Shown here one piece after another: positions 58,024 to 64,000 of a DNA stretch of 64,000 nucleotides. The notes under the pieces were generated by a model. It was not told the DNA's origin. It searched no databases and was given only the letters and a program-made list of their open reading frames with translations. Position 1 is the first letter of the stretch, and each line of letters starts with the position of its first letter. Source of the stretch: a virus. Made by a program: the position numbers and the translations under genes. The stretch is taken from the IMG/VR virus record IMGVR_UViG_3300010334_000001, positions 6,450 through 70,449 of that record, one strand, 5' to 3'.

Positions 58024-58164
58024 CTAGACGTCTTGTTTCGCTAATTGGCTGTCAATGGCGTCAATGATGTGATCGAAATACGCAAAACGCTCACTGTCAC
58101 GAGCGTCAGTAAGAATCATGATGACTGTGTTCCAGTCACCATGCGGCATATCAACTTTTGCCAT
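58024..58164 (-). CDS. 46-aa hypothetical protein (absent from the ORF track)
   Basis: GGAG RBS; MAKVDMPHGDWNTV. Confidence 0.45.
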   Translation of the reverse strand: MAKVDMPHGDWNTVIMILTDARDSERFAYFDHIIDAIDSQLAKQDV

Positions 58165-58166
58165 TG

Positions 58167-59015
58167 TTAACTCCAGTCTTTTGGGTTTGCCTTATGGCAG
58201 ATGTGCTTGTAGTCGCACCAGCGTTGGCCGGCCAACCATGAATCAACAGTCTTTTGATCGTGTTCTGCTGGATCCCAGCCTTCTTGCAACATTTCGCAAC
58301 CAAAGAGTCGGGCAGGTAGTTTGCCTTCGGCGATACGGGAAAGCGTATCGGTGGCTTCAACGTCCATCTGTTCCAACAATTTCTTGTCCCGTTGAATACG
58401 GAATTCACGGAAACGCAATCCGCCTCGATCCAGATACACAATGGAGGCCTCGGTTTCCCCTGTAGCGGCCATGTAGGCGTGTACCTGCTTGATGTGCGAT
58501 TCGATGGCTGTTTCCATGGCTTCCACGGCAGGCATTCCCCGCCACCCGTTGTACTTTTCTGTGGATACGGTTTTAAGCTCAAAGATTGAGCCGTCTTTGC
58601 ACACACCGTCCATGGCGCCCTTGAGGTGCCAGCGCTTGTATTCGACAGGAACCTCAATGTCGGTCAGCCAGCCGGCGCTCATGCCTTCGGCTTGGAACCA
58701 GTAATGCGACAACGTTCCGGCCTTGGCTGCATCCAAATACGGGCTCTCAGGGTCGTCTTCTGTTGGCGCCCCTAAATAGCTCATTGCTTGGGCTCGCCAG
58801 CAGGGGTTCCCAATCATGGAAGGGCGCAGTCTGCGAGAGCCGTCCGATCTGCTTCCTGACGTGAGGTCGCGAACCATGGCCTGATAAGCAATCTCAAGGC
58901 AGTCCATATTCATGGGAGAGCCTTCTTTTTTGTATTGAGTGATCCACGCTGTAACCGGCTTGTCGGTGCCGCGCTCAAGCGCTAATGCGGCGATGGCGTT
59001 TTTCTTGCTAGTCAT
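58167..59015 (-). CDS. Cas4-like PD-(D/E)XK exonuclease
   Basis: LRPSMIG.PC.R, GTL.H, GAMDG, IFELKT, QVHAYM, WCDYK.IC. Confidence 0.8.
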   Translation of the reverse strand: MTSKKNAIAALALERGTDKPVTAWITQYKKEGSPMNMDCLEIAYQAMVRDLTSGSRSDGSRRLRPSMIGNPCWRAQAMSYLGAPTEDDPESPYLDAAKAGTLSHYWFQAEGMSAGWLTDIEVPVEYKRWHLKGAMDGVCKDGSIFELKTVSTEKYNGWRGMPAVEAMETAIESHIKQVHAYMAATGETEASIVYLDRGGLRFREFRIQRDKKLLEQMDVEATDTLSRIAEGKLPARLFGCEMLQEGWDPAEHDQKTVDSWLAGQRWCDYKHICHKANPKDWS

Positions 59016-59239
59016 TGGCTCAACTCCTTGTATCGATCAGAGAATCCAGGCAAAAGGTCATTTGCTTGGGAGATGTGTGTGTCGATTTGTTGGGCTGATA
59101 AGTAGCCTGCGTACTGCTTCAGGATGTCGAAGCGACCTGCCCACACAGCGGCTAGTTGTGTGTCGCTGTTCGGTGGAGCGGTTAGCACTAGCCAATTGGC
59201 TGCGTCGTGCGCTGTCTTGGCACGTTGGCTTTTGATCAT
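59012..59239 (-). CDS. hypothetical protein
   Basis: AAGGAG RBS; ATGA overlap with dnaE. Confidence 0.5.
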   Translation of the reverse strand: MIKSQRAKTAHDAANWLVLTAPPNSDTQLAAVWAGRFDILKQYAGYLSAQQIDTHISQANDLLPGFSDRYKELSQ

Positions 59240-61881
59240 GCAACTTTCTCCTTCGTAGTGGCAAGGTCGCTTAAAGCTCCAACTTCCGCCAGGGCAGCAA
59301 TAACGCCGCCGCATGCTTCGGGGGAGTGGCCTTTGCGAAGTGACGCGGATCCTGTAACTGCCCGGCCGTTGACTTTGTTGGCGAGGTCAGCCAGTGACGC
59401 AAATGGCGCCTTTTCTTCTAACTCAAGCGCGGCCTTCATGCCAACGCCTTTGACGCTAGTCAAGCCCTTTCTGATGGCGTTGGATTGGAAGTCGGCCGTG
59501 TAGAACGGCCCTGATTTGTTGATGTCCGGCGGTCTGATTGACACACCTTGCCTACGTGCGGCAGACAGATAGATGCCTTCCTGATCGTCACCGATGTAGG
59601 CGTTCAACTGACCTGTCCAAAACGCGACAGGATGATTTACCTTGAACCAGCCCGTGATGTAAGCAACTAGCCCGTATGCGGTGGCGTGAGCGCGGTTAAA
59701 CGAATACCCCGCAAACTCCAGCAAAGCGTTTTCTAGCCACGCACGGTCAGCGTCAGAAAGACCCTGAGCGGCCTTTTCTACTTCGGAAATAACCTCGGCC
59801 ATAACGGACGAAGCATCACCGACGTTCTTGTTCGACGCCTTGATTGCTTTTCTGGCCTTTTCAATGAACGCAATGGGTAGACCAAAATTGCGCATGATGT
59901 CCATGGCCTGCTCCTGAAACAGCATGACCCCGTATGTGTCTTTCGTCTGTTCCATGATTACGTCGTGGCGTTGAACAATTTCTTGGTCACCTGATTTGCG
60001 TGCCATGTAATCATCGGTTGCGCCAGACTTCATAGCGGCAGGTCGGAACAGTGCTACGGCGGCAATGATGTCGCTCATTTTGGTGACCTTCATTTGCCTG
60101 ATTCCTCGAGCAGATGCCGGTCCTTCTAACTGAAAAATGCCTTCGACCTGCCCTTTGCTGAGCATTTGAAACACATTTTTGTCGTTCATAGGAACAGTCC
60201 ACGGGTCAACTCCAGTCAGGGCTTTCATCGTTGTGAGCGCCGTGAGTGTTTTCAGACCCAAGACATCAAGCTTGACCAGCCCCATAGACTCCACATCTTT
60301 CATGGGAAAGGCCGACACCATTGTTTTGCTGGACGCCACCCATTGCAGTGGGAGCCCGGACAGGCTGGACTCGTCGGGGGCTACTACTACGCCTGCGGCA
60401 TGCACGCCCACCCCTGAATACGGTGAGTGGGATGACAGAACTCGCAGCTCTTGCATTTCTTCTTCGGGGATTTCGGCGTGCGGATCCCCACCTGTGCGGC
60501 GTTGCTGCTGCTTCCACCGCACAATTAATGAACCCTTGGACTCGTCCTTTTCTGACAGTCCGAGGGCAAGCCATGTTCCGATGCGGTACGTGGTGTACTG
60601 CTCGTCAAGCATGGCCAGCACTTCGTCACGCCTTGCATCTTCCACGTCGATATCGATGTCAGGCATAGACGCCCTATCGGTTGAAAGGAAACGTTCGAAT
60701 GGAAGTTTCCACGTGATGGGGTCAAGCCTTGTGATACCAAGCAGGTAGCACAGAAGCGATCCTGATGCTGATCCTCGAATGTTGTAGGCAATGTTCTGCT
60801 TCCTAATCCAGTCACAGACTTTGGCTGTGAATAGCAAATATCCGGAGAATCCTGCTCCGGCAATGACATCGATTTCTGCGTCAATGCGGTCGCTGTATTC
60901 CTTTGTCTTTGACTTAGGAATCTTTCCTTTGATTGACAAGTCAGTCATGGCATCGACTGCGCGTCGCAATAGTTCGTCGTCAGGGTCTTTACCTGGCGTG
61001 ACGTCGGGTATGGCTGCCTTGAAAGTGTCTAGTTCCTTGATGCGCACTTTGGCTTTGCTCAGAAGGTCTTGGAGCCCTTCCATTCCTGAGTTGTATACGC
61101 GGGGAATGTGATGGTCTTCCATCCACGCTGAATCCACCATGTGGTAGCCGTCGCCAGGGAACACGGCATCGTCAGGGTCGTCTGACCACGAGACTAGGCG
61201 CTTCATTGTTTCGTGCGCGCCTTTGTCGATTTCGTGGCAGTAGTGCGAGTCCTGTGTGATGACTGTGGGCAGTCCTAATGAATCTGCCACGGCTTGCAGG
61301 GCTATTGACACTTTGGTGTCGTCATGATCGTTTGTGTAAATCATGTGGTTTTGGATTTCGACGTAGCACCCTGATCCGAACCAGCCTGCAAGGGATTGGA
61401 CAACGTTCTTGACGCCACGCATGTCTCCACCAGAGCGCATAAGAGTGGGGGCTAGACCAAACCAGCAGCCGGTGAGGACGCTGATGCCTTTAGTGGCTCC
61501 GTCTTCTGCTGCCTGTGCTAGGTCTGCGAGGTCAAGGATGGGCTTGTATTTGAAGTTTCTTTGTGATGCGTTGACAAGGGCGACAAGGTTTCTGTATCCC
61601 TGTTCGGTGGTGGCGACCATTCCAAGGTGCATGGTGGAGGGGCGTGGCGTGTTGCGGTCGAAGGCAACGTAGGCCTCGACGCCGGGTAGCGGTTCGATGC
61701 CGGCTTTGCGTGCTTCTCTGTACAGCTGTGCGGCTCCTCCAAGGGTTCCGTGGTCAGTGAGGCCAATGGCGGGGTAATTGAGTTCTACTGCCCGATCAAC
61801 GATGGCCTTGGGGGTGGGTAATGCGTCTTTTGCGCTGAACATTGAGTGTGTGTGAACACTCCAGAACGGCATGCCGCTCAC
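59236..61881 (-). CDS. dnaE: DNA polymerase III alpha subunit
   Basis: PHP domain HTHS..S..DA, TDHG; RGSASGSL..Y.LGIT.LDP; FERF; PDIDID; HAAG; KLDVLGL; YSFNRAHA. Confidence 0.95.
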   Translation of the reverse strand: MSGMPFWSVHTHSMFSAKDALPTPKAIVDRAVELNYPAIGLTDHGTLGGAAQLYREARKAGIEPLPGVEAYVAFDRNTPRPSTMHLGMVATTEQGYRNLVALVNASQRNFKYKPILDLADLAQAAEDGATKGISVLTGCWFGLAPTLMRSGGDMRGVKNVVQSLAGWFGSGCYVEIQNHMIYTNDHDDTKVSIALQAVADSLGLPTVITQDSHYCHEIDKGAHETMKRLVSWSDDPDDAVFPGDGYHMVDSAWMEDHHIPRVYNSGMEGLQDLLSKAKVRIKELDTFKAAIPDVTPGKDPDDELLRRAVDAMTDLSIKGKIPKSKTKEYSDRIDAEIDVIAGAGFSGYLLFTAKVCDWIRKQNIAYNIRGSASGSLLCYLLGITRLDPITWKLPFERFLSTDRASMPDIDIDVEDARRDEVLAMLDEQYTTYRIGTWLALGLSEKDESKGSLIVRWKQQQRRTGGDPHAEIPEEEMQELRVLSSHSPYSGVGVHAAGVVVAPDESSLSGLPLQWVASSKTMVSAFPMKDVESMGLVKLDVLGLKTLTALTTMKALTGVDPWTVPMNDKNVFQMLSKGQVEGIFQLEGPASARGIRQMKVTKMSDIIAAVALFRPAAMKSGATDDYMARKSGDQEIVQRHDVIMEQTKDTYGVMLFQEQAMDIMRNFGLPIAFIEKARKAIKASNKNVGDASSVMAEVISEVEKAAQGLSDADRAWLENALLEFAGYSFNRAHATAYGLVAYITGWFKVNHPVAFWTGQLNAYIGDDQEGIYLSAARRQGVSIRPPDINKSGPFYTADFQSNAIRKGLTSVKGVGMKAALELEEKAPFASLADLANKVNGRAVTGSASLRKGHSPEACGGVIAALAEVGALSDLATTKEKVA

Positions 61882-61906
61882 GCGATCTCCTTTGTGTCAA
61901 GAAATG

Positions 61907-61941
61907 GTGCAGGGGGCCGGTTGGTCAGTCCGGCCCCCTGC
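61907..61941. terminator. GC-rich stem-loop between the SSB-like gene and dnaE
   Basis: GCAGGGGGCCGG...CCGGCCCCCTGC inverted repeat. Confidence 0.5.
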
Positions 61942-61951
61942 GGCTTGTGTG

Positions 61952-63352
61952 CTAGGCCGCGGCTGAGTTCATAAACTCCAGCAGCGCGTCCTCGTGCTCG
62001 GTTGCCAAAGCGATGAGCTCGTCCTTCTTTGCCGTGGGGGCGACCTTCACCCCAATGGCTGTGAGCATTTTCTTCAGACGAGCAGGAACTTCCTCGCTCC
62101 AGTCGTGACCGTCGGATCCACTGTCGGAGGAGGCCACTGCTTCCTCGAACTCGGTGATGGCCTCGTCGTCTTCTTCGACGCTGACGTCGTCGTCTTCGGG
62201 TTCTGCCTGATGGGGGTTGAACATGATGTCCGTTACCCCATCAAGTGCGTTGACCCAAGCCTCGACTTCGGCGCGCTTGTTCTCTGCCCAGTCATGAAGA
62301 TTGATGGGATCGGGCAGCGGGATTGGTTCGCCAATCTCGTCATCGGCATCAAAAGCAAGGTTTCCGTCCTTGAATGAACCGGAAATCTTCAAGGTCCACC
62401 GTCGACCAGCGGGTGAATAGTCCTTGTTCTTCTTGCGGTCGCGCACCATGAGACGCTTCCAGTCCTCGTACCACGAGGTAGCCATTCCCAGAAGGATGTG
62501 GTCACCTGGCTTGGGGTCGTACTTTGCCTTGTCACCGTCATTGAGCCGTCCTTCAATGAAGATGCAATTGACGTAGGTGACATCCTTGGGCTTGGTGTGC
62601 TTGGGCGGCTCCCAGTCATCTGGTGCTTTGAAAGGCTTCATGCACTCGTACTTGCTAGGTGCAAGCCGCTGCAGAAGGGGATCAGTTGCGTACTGGCGCT
62701 TCATTGATCCGTCGCGACCACGAACGATCACGAAGTCGGATACGGGAAACACCACAAGTCGACCGGGGAGATCTACGGGCTCCTTCTCACCGGCAATGCG
62801 TACGCCTCCAAAGGCCTTGACCTCGCGAATGGACGCCCAGCCGCCATCAGCAGAAGACGTCATGTAGTCCGTCAGGGGAATGACGGTAATGGGCTTGCCT
62901 GCAGCGAGTCGGACGACGCGCACCCTGCTGGCACGGTCTGACTCCCAGCCGCCAGCACCCTGCTCTGTTACCTCGTCAGGAATGGTGAACCTACTCATGT
63001 CATCTTCTTTCTGTGTGATGTGTTGTTGGACGGGAATGAGGTAGCCGGCTTGTGTCGGGAACTGAATGAACCCTCCGACTGTTACCCCTTCGTGTGTTGT
63101 CGTGTTGATGACGTGGGCTGTGAAAGCCCGTTCTGTGTCCTTCTCAATGACGCGTTTGGCTACGTCACGTGCGATGTAGCCGACGGTGTCTCCGTTTTCT
63201 TTAGTGACCTTCAACGCGTTTGCGTCGTACGCGTTGTCGGGTTCGTGTTCGACCAGCAGTTGCTGGCCTATTTCGAGGTCGCGGACTGCGTCGGCGTACA
63301 CCGATACGCCAACGAGTTTGGTTTGCAGCCCGCGAATGCTGCTAGTTGTCAT
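61952..63352 (-). CDS. HIRAN domain fused to a probable ssDNA-binding/annealing protein with acidic tail
   Basis: KLVGVS...L.LEHEPDNAYDANALKV...VGYI (HIRAN); possible internal start at 62998; acidic C-terminus with a HeH/LEM-like tail. Confidence 0.65.
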   Translation of the reverse strand: MTTSSIRGLQTKLVGVSVYADAVRDLEIGQQLLVEHEPDNAYDANALKVTKENGDTVGYIARDVAKRVIEKDTERAFTAHVINTTTHEGVTVGGFIQFPTQAGYLIPVQQHITQKEDDMSRFTIPDEVTEQGAGGWESDRASRVRVVRLAAGKPITVIPLTDYMTSSADGGWASIREVKAFGGVRIAGEKEPVDLPGRLVVFPVSDFVIVRGRDGSMKRQYATDPLLQRLAPSKYECMKPFKAPDDWEPPKHTKPKDVTYVNCIFIEGRLNDGDKAKYDPKPGDHILLGMATSWYEDWKRLMVRDRKKNKDYSPAGRRWTLKISGSFKDGNLAFDADDEIGEPIPLPDPINLHDWAENKRAEVEAWVNALDGVTDIMFNPHQAEPEDDDVSVEEDDEAITEFEEAVASSDSGSDGHDWSEEVPARLKKMLTAIGVKVAPTAKKDELIALATEHEDALLEFMNSAAA

Positions 63353-63782
63353 CACTAGGGGCGTTTATGCTGCGTGACTTAAACCGCAGGCTCGGCGAAC
63401 TGGACTTGTAGGACAGCGCCTTGGCTGCCTGTTTGCCTGGGCCAAACATCCCAAACTCAATCAACTGATTGAGGGCTTCACGGTCAACGACCGTCTTAGT
63501 GGATGACACCAGTTCGTACACCTTGGGGTCCAGCTCTTGAAGGGCATCCAAGTCAACTTCGGCTGTTGTGGGGCGTACGACCGTAACGGTCATGACGTCT
63601 GTTCCCTGCTGCCAAAAGGCAGTGTGCTTGACGCGGTCGGCAATCCACCGAGTGATGTCTTTGCGTTCAGCCTCGAGGGATTTGATTTGGGCATCAAGTT
63701 GCACCCAGCGGTCCATCTCCAAGCGGATGGCGTCGAGTTCTTCCTGCGTGTACAGCTCTTCGCTGATGGTGTCGGTACTCAC
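63342..63782 (-). CDS. hypothetical replication-region protein
   Basis: AAGGAG RBS; coiled coil, then VD...L. Confidence 0.55.
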   Translation of the reverse strand: MSTDTISEELYTQEELDAIRLEMDRWVQLDAQIKSLEAERKDITRWIADRVKHTAFWQQGTDVMTVTVVRPTTAEVDLDALQELDPKVYELVSSTKTVVDREALNQLIEFGMFGPGKQAAKALSYKSSSPSLRFKSRSINAPSDDN

Positions 63783-63794
63783 GGTTTCTCCTTG

Positions 63795-64000
63795 TTAGTG
63801 GGCGTATTTGCTGTACCCGTTGGCGGCCAGATGTGCTGACAGGCCTTGCACGGCCTGCCCGTCTGGCACGTCTCCGGGGTCTTTCCCCCCGATGCTGCCC
63901 CATAGGTATGACAAAGAATGCGTCAAAGTACCTAATAGGTCGCTTGAGCGACCCATTGCGGCACGGCCTGCATCATCATCATCAAAGGCTAGGACGATTA
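63795..64000 (-). CDS. DNA primase, C-terminal part of TOPRIM domain (partial)
   Basis: Translation IVLAFDDDDAGRAA...GGKDPGDV. Confidence 0.75.
   Translation of the reverse strand, partial: IVLAFDDDDAGRAAMGRSSDLLGTLTHSLSYLWGSIGGKDPGDVPDGQAVQGLSAHLAANGYSKYAH

Noticed and set aside
58167-59015. CRISPR-Cas system suggested by the Cas4-like nuclease
   Set aside because: No repeat-spacer array or other cas genes; stand-alone phage exonuclease in a replication module.

Overview
This window is about 64 kb of a temperate siphovirus genome (roughly 58-60% GC by eye). WhiB, an Rpf-like lysozyme, DnaE and an actinobacterial-type tRNA attP point to an actinobacterial host. The + strand (1-43.6 kb) carries Gly-rich and collagen fibre genes, a glycosyltransferase, holin and endolysin, a phosphoesterase/DUF6378 module and Dps. 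These are followed by an unusually large head cluster (portal, several big internal proteins, an AAA+ ATPase, a split XkdF protease, scaffold, capsid) and then neck, tail, tape measure and tail-tip genes. The - strand (43.7-64 kb) carries early genes, excisionase, attP, integrase, HNH, WhiB, RuvC, an exonuclease, DnaE, a HIRAN/SSB-like protein and a partial primase; the repressor at 49.9-50.3 kb is on the + strand. Main highlights: (1) a canonical-looking -1 frameshift signal (C CCA AAA, 6-nt spacer, hairpin) that would fuse a 1.1-kaa head-region protein to a CbbX/SpoVK-type AAA+ ATPase; (2) a recurring hydrophobic-x-K-[S/A/G] motif that punctuates the head-region proteins into modules, suggesting protease-processed, capsid-packaged polyprotein cargo; (3) a prohead protease split between two genes; (4) a perfect host-type parS site just after dps. 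All family assignments come from motif recognition only; no database searches were run.
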